NCBI GenBank assembly: GCA_919901745.1
Contig: CAKKPP010000004.1
Span: 121,818-185,817, forward strand
Direction of reading: 5' to 3'
From: Chloroflexota bacterium
Lineage (GTDB): Bacteria > Chloroflexota > Limnocylindria > Limnocylindrales > CSP1-4
DNA: 64,000 nt
The notes beneath the pieces are model-generated. The model saw only the letters and a list, made by a program, of their open reading frames with translations, searched no databases and was not told the origin of the DNA. Each line of letters opens with the position of its first letter. Position 1 is the first letter of the stretch. Of this stretch, positions 21,951 to 32,596 are shown piece by piece. A program made the translations under genes and the position numbers.

Positions 21951-22796
21951 CTAGCCGGCCCGCGCCAGCGCGGCCTCGATCGCCCGACCCGCGTAGACCA
22001 CAGCCATCGCCGCGCGGTAGGTCGCATCGGCGTGAATGTCCGAGTTCACCTCGACGCCATCGGTCGCATGCGCCGCCGCGGCGGCGATCGCCTTCCCCGA
22101 GGCATCGCTGCCGACAAGCGCCGCCTCGACGTCCGTAGCCCGGTACGGATGCTCGTGGACTCCAGTGACGCCGATCCTGGCGTGGCTGATGCTGCCGCCG
22201 CTCTTCGCGATGACGGCCGCCACGCCCACGATCGAGTAGCCCGATGCCGGCTGCGCGAGCTTCGCGTAGCCGAACCCGGCCCCGGCCGGGACCGCCGGTC
22301 GGCGGATTGCCACGAGGATCTCGTCGTCCCTGATCCCGCTCACGAACGCACCTTCGAAGAACCCGTCGAGGGGCACGACGCGCTCCCCGCCAGGACCGCG
22401 GAGCACCGCCGAGCCGTCGAACGCCAGTGCGATCGCCGGGAAGTCGGACGCGGGATCGGCATGAGCGATCGCGCCGCCCACCGTGCCCAGGTGGCGAACC
22501 TGGACGTCGGCGATCTGGTCGATCGCCTCGCGGACGCCCGGGTAGGTCGTGGCGGCACGCCACTCGGCGTAGGTGGTCAGCGCCCCGATCTCCAGGCTTC
22601 CATCCGCCTGCGGACGGAAGCCCCTGAGCTCGGCGATCCGGCCGATGTCGACCAGTCGATCGACGGATGCCAGCCGGAGCTTGAGCAACGGCAGGATGCT
22701 CTGGCCGCCGGCGATGACCTTGGCCCCGCCGCGCACGGCGGCGATGGCCTCGTCGAGCGATCCGGCGCGGGTGTACTCGAACGCGGCCGGGATCAT
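21951..22796 (-). CDS. coxM: CoxM/CutM-type FAD-binding subunit (second copy)
   Basis: MIPAAFEY, IAGGQSILPLLKLR, QVRHLGTVGGAIAHADP. Confidence 0.9.
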   Translation of the reverse strand: MIPAAFEYTRAGSLDEAIAAVRGGAKVIAGGQSILPLLKLRLASVDRLVDIGRIAELRGFRPQADGSLEIGALTTYAEWRAATTYPGVREAIDQIADVQVRHLGTVGGAIAHADPASDFPAIALAFDGSAVLRGPGGERVVPLDGFFEGAFVSGIRDDEILVAIRRPAVPAGAGFGYAKLAQPASGYSIVGVAAVIAKSGGSISHARIGVTGVHEHPYRATDVEAALVGSDASGKAIAAAAAHATDGVEVNSDIHADATYRAAMAVVYAGRAIEAALARAG

Positions 22797-25195
22797 GCCT
22801 GGCCTCCCTTCGCGGACTGGATGGCACGCCACACGGTCTGTGCCGTGTACGGCATGTCGAGATGACGGATGCCCAGCGGCGAAAGGGCATCGACGACGGC
22901 ATTGGCGACGGCCGCCGTGCTGGCGATCGCCCCGGCCTCGCCGACCCCCTTCACCCCGAGCGGGTTCACGGGCGACGGGGTCACCGTCTCATCCAGTTCC
23001 AGCATCGGCAGCCACGATGCCCGCGGCAGCGCGTAGTCGAGCATCGAACCCGACAGGAGCTGCCCGTCATCGCCGTAGATGGCGCCCTCCCAGAGGGCCT
23101 GTCCGACACCCTGGACGATGCCGCCATGGAGCTGGCCGTCCACGATCATCGGGTTGATCTTCTTGCCGACATCGTCGACGGCGATGTAACGAACGAGATC
23201 GACCTTGCCGGTCGCCTCGTCGATCTCGACGATCGCGACATGGGTCCCGAACGGCCACGTGCAGTTCGGCGTGTCGTGATAGACGGTCTCGTCGAGATAC
23301 GGCTCCATGCCTTCGGGAAGGCTGAACCCCAGGCCGATCGCGAAGGAGATCTCCTGGAAGGTTTTCACCTTGTCGGGCGATCCCTTGACCGAGTAATTCG
23401 CGCCGTCGACTTCGATGTCGTCGACGGAGGCCTCGAGCATGTGCGCCGCATAGCGGCGTGCCTTCTCGCGGATCTTGGCCGCGGCCTTCACCGCCGCGGT
23501 GCCGCCCACCGACGCCGTCCGGCTGCCGTACGAGCCATAGCCGAACGGGGCACCCTGGGTGTCCGAGTGCTGGATGACGACGTCCTCCATCGGGATCCCC
23601 AGCTCGTGGGAGACGATCTGGGCGTAGGTCGTCTCGTGGCCCTGGCCCTGCGGCTGGGTGCCCATGGTGACGACGACCTTGCCGGTGAGGTGAACCCGGA
23701 TGTTGGACGACTCCCACATCGCCGCCCCCCAGCCCTCGCCGACGGCACCGATCCACTTGGACGGCGCGACGCCGCACACTTCGATGTACGTGCTGAGCCC
23801 GACGCCGAGGAGCTTGCCGCGCTTCCTCGCGTCGGCCTTCGCCTTGTCCATCTCGTAATAGCCGGCCGTCGTGAGCGCCTTGTTGAGTGCCGGCTCGTAG
23901 TTCCCGGAATCAATGTAGATCTTGGCGCCACCAGAGGCCGTCCCGAGCCCCGACGGGTTCTCGTACGGGAACTGGTCCGGCGGGATGAAGTTCCTGCGAC
24001 GAACCGCGGCGGGATCCATGCCGATCTCGTCGGCGAACAGGTCCATCGCCCGTTCGATGACGTAGGTCGCCTCGGGGCGGCCCGCACCGCGGTAGGCGTC
24101 AACGAACGTCGTGTTCGTGTAGACGCCGGTCACTTCGGCGTAGACGTTCGGGATGAGGTAGCAGCCCGAGAGCACACGGGCGTAGAGCGTGGTTGGAACA
24201 CCCGGACCGATCGTCGAGAGGCGACCGCCGAGGTTGGCGAGCGTCTTGACGCGCAGACCCGTGATCTCGCCATCCCGCTTCCCGGCAATCTCGAGGTAGG
24301 TCACATGATCCCGGCCGTGGGTCGTGGACTGGTAGTTCTCGCGGCGAGTCTCCACCCACTTCACGGGCCGGCCGCCGATCGCCTTGCTGGCGAACATGAC
24401 GAGCGCCATGTCCGCGTAGCAGAAGATCTTGGTGCCGAACGCGCCGCCGACGTCCGGGCTGATGCAGCGAACCTTGTGCTCGGGAATGCCGGTCACGAAG
24501 GCGGCGAGCAGCAGGCGCTGGATGTGCGGGGTCTGGCTCGACATCCAGATCGTGTACTCATCCGCTCCCGGGTTGTACCAGCCGATGTCGCCGCGGGTCT
24601 CCATCGGGTTCGGGATGAGCCGCTGGTTGACGAGCCGCTGGCGGACGACCACCTCGGCCCCATCGACCGCCGCGTCCGTCCCCGCCTTGTCCCCGACCGA
24701 CCACTCGAACACGACATTGTTCGGGGCGTTCTCGTGGAGCTGCGGCGCGCCGTCGGCCATCGCCTTCTCGACGTCGACCACGGCCGGAAGACGCTCCCAG
24801 TCGACCTTGATGGCCTCGAGCGCGTCGTTGGCCTGAGACGCCGTCTCGGCGATGACCGCCGCGACGCCTTCGCCGGTCCACTTGACGCTATCGGTGGCCA
24901 GGGCGCGTGGCGTGTTGATGTTGTTCTGGATCCCTGCCGATCCGCCGGCCGGCCACGCCATCGGGAGCGGGTTGTACGGGATGTCGGCGCCGACGAACAC
25001 GGCGACCACGCCGGGCATCGCCTTCGCGGCGGACGCATCGATGGAGCGGATGTTGGCGTGTGCATAGGGGCTGCGCAGGATGGCCATGTGGGTCATCCCG
25101 GGCATCGTGATGTCGTCGAGGTAGCGACCCCCACCCGTGATGAGGCGCGGGTCCTCGACCCGCTTGACGGAGGTTCCGAGCACGTCGGTGGTCAT
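22793..25195 (-). CDS. coxL: Molybdopterin large subunit, form II CoxL-like (xanthine dehydrogenase family)
   Basis: AYRGAGR motif (nt 24077-24097), GGAFGTK, QGQGHETT, GVKGVGE. Confidence 0.9.
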   Translation of the reverse strand: MTTDVLGTSVKRVEDPRLITGGGRYLDDITMPGMTHMAILRSPYAHANIRSIDASAAKAMPGVVAVFVGADIPYNPLPMAWPAGGSAGIQNNINTPRALATDSVKWTGEGVAAVIAETASQANDALEAIKVDWERLPAVVDVEKAMADGAPQLHENAPNNVVFEWSVGDKAGTDAAVDGAEVVVRQRLVNQRLIPNPMETRGDIGWYNPGADEYTIWMSSQTPHIQRLLLAAFVTGIPEHKVRCISPDVGGAFGTKIFCYADMALVMFASKAIGGRPVKWVETRRENYQSTTHGRDHVTYLEIAGKRDGEITGLRVKTLANLGGRLSTIGPGVPTTLYARVLSGCYLIPNVYAEVTGVYTNTTFVDAYRGAGRPEATYVIERAMDLFADEIGMDPAAVRRRNFIPPDQFPYENPSGLGTASGGAKIYIDSGNYEPALNKALTTAGYYEMDKAKADARKRGKLLGVGLSTYIEVCGVAPSKWIGAVGEGWGAAMWESSNIRVHLTGKVVVTMGTQPQGQGHETTYAQIVSHELGIPMEDVVIQHSDTQGAPFGYGSYGSRTASVGGTAAVKAAAKIREKARRYAAHMLEASVDDIEVDGANYSVKGSPDKVKTFQEISFAIGLGFSLPEGMEPYLDETVYHDTPNCTWPFGTHVAIVEIDEATGKVDLVRYIAVDDVGKKINPMIVDGQLHGGIVQGVGQALWEGAIYGDDGQLLSGSMLDYALPRASWLPMLELDETVTPSPVNPLGVKGVGEAGAIASTAAVANAVVDALSPLGIRHLDMPYTAQTVWRAIQSAKGGQA

Positions 25196-25205
25196 CTTCG
25201 GCCTC

Positions 25206-25712
25206 CTATGCCTGACTTGCCGGCGCGGCCGGTGCAGCGGATCCCGCGCGCATCACGGCGGCCGCCTCACGGATCGCCAGGACGATGTTCTGGTAGCCCG
25301 TGCAGCGACAGATGTTGCCCTCGATCGCATGGCGGATCTCGTCATCGGACGGGTCGTCATCGCGGGCGATGAGATCGGCAGCCGCCATGATCATGCCGGG
25401 GGTGCAGAAGCCGCACTGGAGTCCGTGCTTCTCCCAGAACGCGGCCTGGATCGGGTGGAGGTTCTCTGGGGTCCCCATCCCCTCGATCGTCGTGATCGAG
25501 CGACCGTCGGCCTGGACGGCCAGCATCGAACACGACTTCACGGCCATGCCGTCCAGCTGAACGGTGCACGCGCCGCATTGCGAGGTGTCGCAACCGATGT
25601 GGGTCCCGGTCAGGCCCAGGTCCTCCCGAATGGCCTGGACCAGGAGCCGCCTGGGCTCGACCTCCAACGATCGGCTGACGCCGTTCACGGTGAGCGTGAT
25701 GTGCTCGGTCAC
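25206..25712 (-). CDS. coxS: CoxS-type (2Fe-2S) subunit (second copy)
   Basis: GTG 25712 after [33 protein letters not shown]. Confidence 0.92.
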   Translation of the reverse strand: MTEHITLTVNGVSRSLEVEPRRLLVQAIREDLGLTGTHIGCDTSQCGACTVQLDGMAVKSCSMLAVQADGRSITTIEGMGTPENLHPIQAAFWEKHGLQCGFCTPGMIMAAADLIARDDDPSDDEIRHAIEGNICRCTGYQNIVLAIREAAAVMRAGSAAPAAPASQA

Positions 25713-25898
25713 CGGCTGGACCTCCTTCCGTGCGCACAGGCCGGCGGGTTCGTACCGGGCTGCGTCGCGTCCCTCGGGTTGGTTCGATGGTGCAGATGTG
25801 AGCGTCCATGCTCGCACCGTCGGCAACGGGAATCAAGGCCGATTCGCGGGTGGTGAAACGTGGCTCGTGGGCCGAGGGGTAGCCCGGACCTGCGACGG

Positions 25899-28800
25899 TC
25901 AGGCTCCGTCGCTCGACATCGCGGGCTCGGCCGGCGCGGCGGAGGGGATTCGTCGACTCCTGGTCGCATCGAGCACGGAGTCGAGTCGGGCAATGAAGGC
26001 GCGGGCACCCAGGCGCTCGAAGATCTCGCGCGCCTCCGCGGCGGCGGACGGCGTACCCGGCTCGCTCGGGAGGAGCGTCACCCGGTCGAGCAGCGTCATC
26101 GCCATCGGGTAGGTCGCTCCAAGCGCGCGGAGTCGAGCCACCGAATCGTCGAAGCCGGCGACCGCCCCGGCCACGTCGCCGTCGATTGCGAGCAGAGCTG
26201 CCTCCATGCCGAGGAGGGTCGCGCGGGTCAGGTTGAGCCTGGACGCGAAGTGATCGCGCATCAAGGTGAGCGCGTCGACGAGCAGATTCCGCTTTCCGGA
26301 CCACGCGGCGGCTCGGCACCAGATCTCGAGCGCAGAGTCCCAGTCGGAGAACCACCCGCTCTCCGCCTGCGGGGTCGCCTCGGCCACCTTCGCGGCGGAC
26401 CCTTCGGCCAGCATGATCTGCGCCTCTGCCGCGGCCAGGATGAGACCGATCTGGGGGTCGGCGCGGCCGTCGAGGGCGCCGCGCATCTCGGCGAGAAGGT
26501 TCCGCACGGCATCGAAGTCGCCCTGCGCGGCCAGCATGTCGAGGATCGCGCCCATCGCGAAGTAGCTCGAGATCCCCTTGTGGTAGTCCGGCTCCAGCCC
26601 CGACATCGCCGACCTGATCCAGTCCCAATCGCCGAGGACGAGGGCGGTTGACGAAGCGTTCCCGAACAGGCTGAGCGCCCAGCCCATGTCGCCACGCGCG
26701 AGCGCCCGCTCGTGGCCCTCCCGGGCGATCGAGAACGCCATGGCCGGCCCTTCCGCGGCCCACCATGCCGACAGGTTCATCCGGGCTCGGCACTCCGCGT
26801 TGAACACGCCCTCCCGCTCCGAAAGCGCGATCGCGCCCAGGAAGAGCGCTGCCGCCTCCTGGGTGCGGCCATGCTCGGAGAGGGCCCAACCCTTCGACGC
26901 CAGGATCTCGGCGATGACCGCCCGCAGGTCCAGCCGTTCCGCGACCGGCAGCGTCGCCTCGATGATCTGAAGCGCCTCCGGGAACTCGCCGGACATCAGG
27001 TGGGCCCGCGCGAGTTCGGCCGCGAGTCGCGCCGTCGCCGCGGAACCGATTTCGCCGCCGGCGTGCTGCAACCCGGCGCTCAACGTTGCCACGGCATCCA
27101 TGGGACGTCCGTCGTTGACGAGGGCGAGACCTTCCCACGTCGTCGCGCGAGCAACCCCTTCACCGTCGCCGTGAGCGAGGTATCGCTCACGCACGGCCCG
27201 GGCGCGCTCGACCACGAATGCGTGTCGGCCGACGGTGACGCCGATCTCCAGGATCGCCTCCTCAATCGGCATTCGCTGGGAGTCGTCATCTTCGTCGCTG
27301 AGCCCGAGCGCCTCCTCGAGGTAGCCGATGGATCGCTCATGAGCACCCAGCGCTCGCGCCCGATCTGCGGCCGCGACGAGGGCGTCCCGGGCTCGGTCCC
27401 GAAGAGCGGCCGCCTCGTCGTCCGCCGAAGCTCGGTAGGCCAGGACGAGGTGGCTGGCAATCACCCCGGCCAGTTCGTCGCTCCCGCTCGCACCGAACAG
27501 GTCCGCTGCGGCCAGATGGCGCAAGACCCGCTCCCGGCGCGACAATCGCCCGTACACGACCTCGCGCATCAGCCCCTGGACAAACCGGTGCTGGCCCCGG
27601 GTCGGCGAGCGCGGCTCGTCGTCCAGCTCGAGGATCTCGCGACCCACCAGCTTCACCAGGGCGACGGCCACCTCGCGATCTCCCCCGCCGCGCAGCGCGC
27701 TGATCGAAGAGGCCGCGAACATCTGGCCGATAACGGCGCCATAGCCAAGGACGTCCCGCTCCGCGTCGCTGAGCGTGTCGAGGCGGGCGCTGAGCAGACC
27801 CGTGAGGGACTCGGGAACAGCGAGCGATGCGAGCGATCCGGTCAGCCGGTAGCGACCGTCGGTCTCCGTGAGCGTGCCCTGGTCTTCGAGCATCCGGACC
27901 GTCTCGACCGCGTAGAGCGGGACGCCCTCGGATCGATCCCGGATGGCCTCGATCGCGGAGGGCGGGATGCCTGGGACCAGGCCGACGAGCAGCAGCTCCA
28001 TCGCGTCATCGCTGATCGGGCCGAGTTCCACGCCCGTCACCCGACGCAAGCCGGCACCCCAGGTCGGTCGCCGCTCGATCAGCTCCGGTCGGGCCAGGGT
28101 GACGACGAGGATCGGCCGATGCTTCGGGGACCCCACGAGCGACTCGATGAAGTCGAGGAGTCCCGCCTCGGCCCAGTGCACGTCCTCGAAGACGAGGACC
28201 GTGGTGGCCTTTTCCGCGATCCGCTCGAACAGGGTCCGCCACGCGGCATAGATCTCGTCGACATCCCCGGGCGGCATCTCGCCGAGGCCGAGCAGGCCGG
28301 CCAGCCGGCTGCCGACCCGCTCTCGCTCGTCGGCGTCGACCAGGTGATCGCGGAGCATCGTGTCGAGCTTCGCGGTCGACGTCTGCCGGTCATCGCTTTC
28401 GAGGATCCCGGCTCGGCCCCGGACCATCTCGCCGAGCGCCCAGAACGCGAGGCCCTCGCCGTACGCGGGCGAACGACCGTGATGCCAGTAGACGGTCCCG
28501 ACGAGGCCGTCGAGGTACTTCGACAACTCCCAGGCGAGGCGCGTCTTGCCGATCCCGGCGATCCCGATGACCGACACCAGGCGGGCTCGACCCTCGCGCT
28601 CCGTCGCGTGGAACATCTCCTTGAGCAGACGCAGCTCGTCGTCGCGGCCGACGAACGGCGGCTCGAGTCGGGCGGTGCGGCCGGCGCCGCCGATGCCCCC
28701 AACGACGCGGGTGGCCTGCCAGGCCTGCACTCGATCGGCCTTGCCCTTGAGCTCGAATTCGCCGGCAGGTTCGTAGGCGATGGCCCGTTCCGTGGCCCGG

Positions 28801-29471
28801 ACCGTCGCCTCGCCCACCAGGACCGTGCCCGGTTCGGCGACACCCTGGAGACGGCTCGCGGTATTCACCAGGTCGCCGGTCACCATGCCCTGCCCCACGG
28901 CCAGCGGATCGACCGCCGCCTCGCCGGTGAGCACCGCCGCGCGCACGTTCATCCGGGGCCAATCGGCAGCGCCCGACGGCAGCGCCTTGACCGCGTCGAT
29001 GACTTCGAGCGCCGCGCGGACGGCTCGCTCGGCGTCGTCCTCCTTCGCCTGGGGGGTCCCCCACACCGCCATGACCGCGTCACCGATGAACTTCTCGACG
29101 GTCCCGCCGTAGCGCTCGATCCGCTCGCGCGCCACCTCGAAGTAGCCGGACAGCATGTCGCGGACGACCTCTGGATCGCGATCGGCCGCGAGAGCCGTGT
29201 AGCCGACCAGATCGGCGAAGAGCACGGTCACAAGGCGGCGTTCGGTCGCACGCGGCGGAGCCGCTCCACCTGGGTCCGGCAGCACCGCGCCGGCCGCGCC
29301 GCCTCCGGACCTCGGCAGTTCCGAGCCGCACGTCCCGCAGAAACGATCGTCCGGGTCGTTGGACGCACCGCAGACAGGGCAGCCGGCCGCCAGCGGCTTG
29401 CCGCACGCGCGACAGAACCGGCGATCGGGGCGATTCGCCGTGGAGCAGTTCGAGCAGACGATGTCCGCCAC
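25899..29471 (-). CDS. Double zinc ribbon + class III adenylate/guanylate cyclase + STAND-type ATPase + TPR protein
   Basis: Four CxxC pairs, VLFADLVGYT, KFIGDAVMA, GDLVNTASRLQ, GIAGIGKTRL, FEDVHWA, helical repeats. Confidence 0.92.
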   Translation of the reverse strand: MADIVCSNCSTANRPDRRFCRACGKPLAAGCPVCGASNDPDDRFCGTCGSELPRSGGGAAGAVLPDPGGAAPPRATERRLVTVLFADLVGYTALAADRDPEVVRDMLSGYFEVARERIERYGGTVEKFIGDAVMAVWGTPQAKEDDAERAVRAALEVIDAVKALPSGAADWPRMNVRAAVLTGEAAVDPLAVGQGMVTGDLVNTASRLQGVAEPGTVLVGEATVRATERAIAYEPAGEFELKGKADRVQAWQATRVVGGIGGAGRTARLEPPFVGRDDELRLLKEMFHATEREGRARLVSVIGIAGIGKTRLAWELSKYLDGLVGTVYWHHGRSPAYGEGLAFWALGEMVRGRAGILESDDRQTSTAKLDTMLRDHLVDADERERVGSRLAGLLGLGEMPPGDVDEIYAAWRTLFERIAEKATTVLVFEDVHWAEAGLLDFIESLVGSPKHRPILVVTLARPELIERRPTWGAGLRRVTGVELGPISDDAMELLLVGLVPGIPPSAIEAIRDRSEGVPLYAVETVRMLEDQGTLTETDGRYRLTGSLASLAVPESLTGLLSARLDTLSDAERDVLGYGAVIGQMFAASSISALRGGGDREVAVALVKLVGREILELDDEPRSPTRGQHRFVQGLMREVVYGRLSRRERVLRHLAAADLFGASGSDELAGVIASHLVLAYRASADDEAAALRDRARDALVAAADRARALGAHERSIGYLEEALGLSDEDDDSQRMPIEEAILEIGVTVGRHAFVVERARAVRERYLAHGDGEGVARATTWEGLALVNDGRPMDAVATLSAGLQHAGGEIGSAATARLAAELARAHLMSGEFPEALQIIEATLPVAERLDLRAVIAEILASKGWALSEHGRTQEAAALFLGAIALSEREGVFNAECRARMNLSAWWAAEGPAMAFSIAREGHERALARGDMGWALSLFGNASSTALVLGDWDWIRSAMSGLEPDYHKGISSYFAMGAILDMLAAQGDFDAVRNLLAEMRGALDGRADPQIGLILAAAEAQIMLAEGSAAKVAEATPQAESGWFSDWDSALEIWCRAAAWSGKRNLLVDALTLMRDHFASRLNLTRATLLGMEAALLAIDGDVAGAVAGFDDSVARLRALGATYPMAMTLLDRVTLLPSEPGTPSAAAEAREIFERLGARAFIARLDSVLDATRSRRIPSAAPAEPAMSSDGA

Positions 29472-29500
29472 GTCGCGATCCCTCCGTTAGACCGACCAGA

Positions 29501-30760
29501 CTAGCGGGCCGCCGCAACCTCATCGATCGCGGCCCCGAAGCCGTCGACGATCGCGCTGATCTCGCCCTCGGTGATCGTGAACGCGGGCGAGAACTGGAGG
29601 GCGTGGCCGCGCAGGACGCGCGTGGCGACGCCGTGGCGCTGCGCGGCCGTGACGACCCGCTCCGGCAGGCCCGGGTCGCGCGCGAGGACCTCGGGATCGA
29701 AGGCGACCGCGCCGGTGAGGCCGACGGTTCTGACCTCGGACACGAGCGGCAGCCCCTCCAGGCGTCGCAGCGCGGTGTCCACCACCGGCTCCAACGTCTT
29801 GACGCGATCGACGAGGGCCTCCTCCTCCAGGATGTCGAGGTTGGCCATCCCCGCGGCCGCCGCGCCGGCGTGGCCGGAGTACGTGTAACCGTGGCGGAAG
29901 ACGGCGCCCGGCACCGGGTCGTCCCAGAACGGCGCCCGCACCCGCTTCCCGACCAGCACGCCGCCCAGCGGCACGTAGCCCGACGAAACGCCCTTGGCGA
30001 ACGTGATCATGTCCGGCTGGATGCCGTAGCGGGTCGTCGCGAACCACTCCCCGGTCCGCCCGAATCCCGTGATCACCTCGTCGGCGATCAGCAGGACATC
30101 GTGCTCACGACACAGCCTGTTCACGCTCGGCCAGTAGTCCTCCGTGGGCGGGAGGACGCCGCCGGCACCGATGACCGGCTCGCCGATGAACGCCGCGATC
30201 TCCGCGCCGCGCTCCTCGAACAGGCGCCCAAGGCCGTCCACGTCCATCGATCCCACGTGGACGACCTCGTCGATGAAGTCGCCACCGTAGCCGCTGCGCA
30301 TCGCCGCCATGCCGACGAGCGACGTGCCCCAGCCGTGCATCCCGTGATACGCGAGCTCCCGCGACACGATGATCCGCCGCTCCGGGTGCCCGAGGACGTC
30401 CCAGTAGCGCCGCGCGAGCTTGGCCGCCGTGTCGACGGCGTCCGAGCCGCCCGAGCCGAGGAAGACGACGGTATCGGGCATCGGGGACATCGCCGCGAGG
30501 CGGTCGGCCAGGCGGATGGACGGCTCCGTGGTGTACGCCCCAAACGACGAATACGAGGATAGCCGCGTGAGCTGGTCCGCGACCGCGTTCGCGATGCTCT
30601 CGCGGCCATACCCGACGTTGCAGTACCAGAGCGCGGCCGTGGCGTCGAGGTACTCATTGCCGGCCGTGTCGACAAGGCGGATCCCGTCGGCCCGCTCGAT
30701 GACGAGCTCGTTCGAGGCGACGGTATGCATGTCGGCGAAGCCGTGCCAGAACGTGCTCAT
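29501..30760 (-). CDS. Class III PLP-dependent aminotransferase
   Basis: SGGSDAVDTA, YHG, LIADEVITGFGRTG, FAKGVSSGYVP, HGYTYSGH. Confidence 0.93.
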   Translation of the reverse strand: MSTFWHGFADMHTVASNELVIERADGIRLVDTAGNEYLDATAALWYCNVGYGRESIANAVADQLTRLSSYSSFGAYTTEPSIRLADRLAAMSPMPDTVVFLGSGGSDAVDTAAKLARRYWDVLGHPERRIIVSRELAYHGMHGWGTSLVGMAAMRSGYGGDFIDEVVHVGSMDVDGLGRLFEERGAEIAAFIGEPVIGAGGVLPPTEDYWPSVNRLCREHDVLLIADEVITGFGRTGEWFATTRYGIQPDMITFAKGVSSGYVPLGGVLVGKRVRAPFWDDPVPGAVFRHGYTYSGHAGAAAAGMANLDILEEEALVDRVKTLEPVVDTALRRLEGLPLVSEVRTVGLTGAVAFDPEVLARDPGLPERVVTAAQRHGVATRVLRGHALQFSPAFTITEGEISAIVDGFGAAIDEVAAAR

Positions 30761-31773
30761 TCATCCTCCTTGGCGGGCCGATCCGTCAACGATAGCGTGC
30801 GCCTTGGTACGCGGCGACCGAAGGCCCGACTCTTCAGGTCGAGGGCGCGCGGATCGAGGGAGCTCGCGAGTTCGTCGCCAGGCGGCAGGCCGGCGATGTA
30901 CGCCGCCCGACCCAGCCGCTCCATCTTCGTCAGCGCAGCGGTCCAGGAGAGAGCGGCGAGCCCACCGGCCGTCCCGAGCCCGACGCGAACGAGCCCGCGC
31001 CCGCCCGTCGAAGCCGCGTAGCGCGTCGCCCAGACCAGGAGTTCGGGGCCGTCGTCGCTGCCCTCGGTGGTTCGGAGCGCGCCACAGACGATGCCCCACG
31101 ATTCGGTGGCACGGGCAATGAGGCGCCAGTTGTCCGGCCCGGCGATCAGGTCGACCGCGAGGCTCTGATACCCGTCGACGAGGATGGTCTCCGGCCCGGC
31201 CGCGTCCGCGTTTCCTCCGGTAATGACCAGCGAGAGGTGCGCGCCGTGGACGCCCTCGACGAGGACCGCCTGCGCGGCCTTGAACCGACGACGCTCAGCC
31301 GGGTCCTCGCCGATCAGCGTCGCGTCCGGTTCGTGGATCTCGATGTAGGGGCAACCGGCATCGATCAAGTCGTGGATCCGTCCGTTGACCACGCGCGCGG
31401 CGTGGTTCGAGGCGGCGTTCCGATCCGAGGCGGCGTCCCGCCCATCGGCGACACCACCGTCGGCCAGTCGGCGCCCGAGCGTGTACGGCCCGGGGAGGGC
31501 CTGCTTGACCATCACTTCGGTGCACCCGGCGGCGAAGCGCCAGTCATCGACGGCCGATTCGCCCGCATCGTTGGGGGAGACAACATCGAAGGGATCGGCG
31601 AGACGCAGCCCGCCGTCCGTGATCGGCTCGAGGCCCGCCTGTTCCTGCGCCCGGATTGCCTCGCGAACGAGGTCGTCAACGCTGCGCACACGATCGCGCC
31701 CGCCGCCACCGTCGCCGGTGTGGTCGATGGCAGGTTGGGGCCGTGGAAGCGGCCCAAGGAGGGTTCCGAACAT
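30757..31773 (-). CDS. Cobalamin-independent methionine synthase II (MetE C-terminal)-like protein, degenerate
   Basis: GPLPRP, QEQAGLEPITDG, KQALPGPYTL, AGCPYIEIHEP match the fold; zinc ligands not evident. Alternative start 31794. Confidence 0.65.
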   Translation of the reverse strand: MFGTLLGPLPRPQPAIDHTGDGGGGRDRVRSVDDLVREAIRAQEQAGLEPITDGGLRLADPFDVVSPNDAGESAVDDWRFAAGCTEVMVKQALPGPYTLGRRLADGGVADGRDAASDRNAASNHAARVVNGRIHDLIDAGCPYIEIHEPDATLIGEDPAERRRFKAAQAVLVEGVHGAHLSLVITGGNADAAGPETILVDGYQSLAVDLIAGPDNWRLIARATESWGIVCGALRTTEGSDDGPELLVWATRYAASTGGRGLVRVGLGTAGGLAALSWTAALTKMERLGRAAYIAGLPPGDELASSLDPRALDLKSRAFGRRVPRRTLSLTDRPAKEDE

Positions 31774-31846
31774 GGGCTGCCGATCGTAGCGCATTGCCGC
31801 CCCGAGCCCGTATCGGCCGCGCTGCCTCGAGTCCGTCGGGAGTTCG

Positions 31847-31864
31847 GCTTACACGCCGCTTACA
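31847..31864 (+). promoter_or_regulatory. GCTTACA direct repeat (11-bp period) upstream of the response regulator
   Basis: GCTTACA-cgcc-GCTTACA, 30 nt upstream of TATCCT (31895-31900). Confidence 0.55.
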
Positions 31865-31906
31865 ACCGCATCACGGGCGCCGTTGACCGCGGCGTATCCT
31901 CGCTCG

Positions 31907-32596
31907 GTGAAGACCATCCTGATCGTCGACGACGAGCGCCACATCGTGGACCTGCTCCGCCTCTATCTGGAGAAGGAGGGCTATGCCGTCGTGGCCGCCG
32001 CTGACGGCGAAGAGGCGCTCGTCCTCCACGCACGGCACGACCCGTCGCTCGTGATCCTCGATCTGATGCTCCCCAAGGTCGACGGCTTCGAAGTCTGTCG
32101 CGAGCTGCGCCGCCGCGGGGACACGCCGATCATCATGTTGACCGCGCGCTCGGACGATGTCGACGCGGTCGTGGGGCTCGAGCTGGGTGCCGACGACTAC
32201 GTCACGAAGCCGTTCAACCCACGCGCCCTGGTGGCCCGAGTTCGAGCGGTTCTGCGCCGGACCGATGTCACGTCGCGCGGCGGCCGACCGATCGAGGTGG
32301 GCGACCTGCGGATCGAGCCGCGCCGCCGCGAAGCGCACATCGGCGAGCGGCGTCTCGACCTCCGCGCCCGGGAGTTCGACCTGCTCGCGGCGCTGGCCCG
32401 CGATCCGGGGGTGGTGCTCACCCGCGACATGCTCCTCGAGCACGTCTGGGGCACCGACTTTCCGGGCGAGACGCGGACGGTCGACGTCCATATCGGTGAG
32501 GTCCGCAAGAAACTCGGTGATGACGGCCCCGCGATCGAGACGGTTCGCGGGCTGGGCTATCGCCTCGTGCCACCTGCCCGGCAACCCCACCCGTGA
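31907..32596 (+). CDS. OmpR/PhoB family response regulator
   Basis: ILIVDDE, LDLMLP, GADDYVTKPF, RTVDVHI, ETVRGLGY. Confidence 0.95.
   Translation: MKTILIVDDERHIVDLLRLYLEKEGYAVVAAADGEEALVLHARHDPSLVILDLMLPKVDGFEVCRELRRRGDTPIIMLTARSDDVDAVVGLELGADDYVTKPFNPRALVARVRAVLRRTDVTSRGGRPIEVGDLRIEPRRREAHIGERRLDLRAREFDLLAALARDPGVVLTRDMLLEHVWGTDFPGETRTVDVHIGEVRKKLGDDGPAIETVRGLGYRLVPPARQPHP

Noticed and set aside
20878..22902. 674-aa ORF suggesting a CoxM-MoeA fusion
   Set aside because: The upstream part is an alternate frame over coxM; the recognisable protein starts near 21927.
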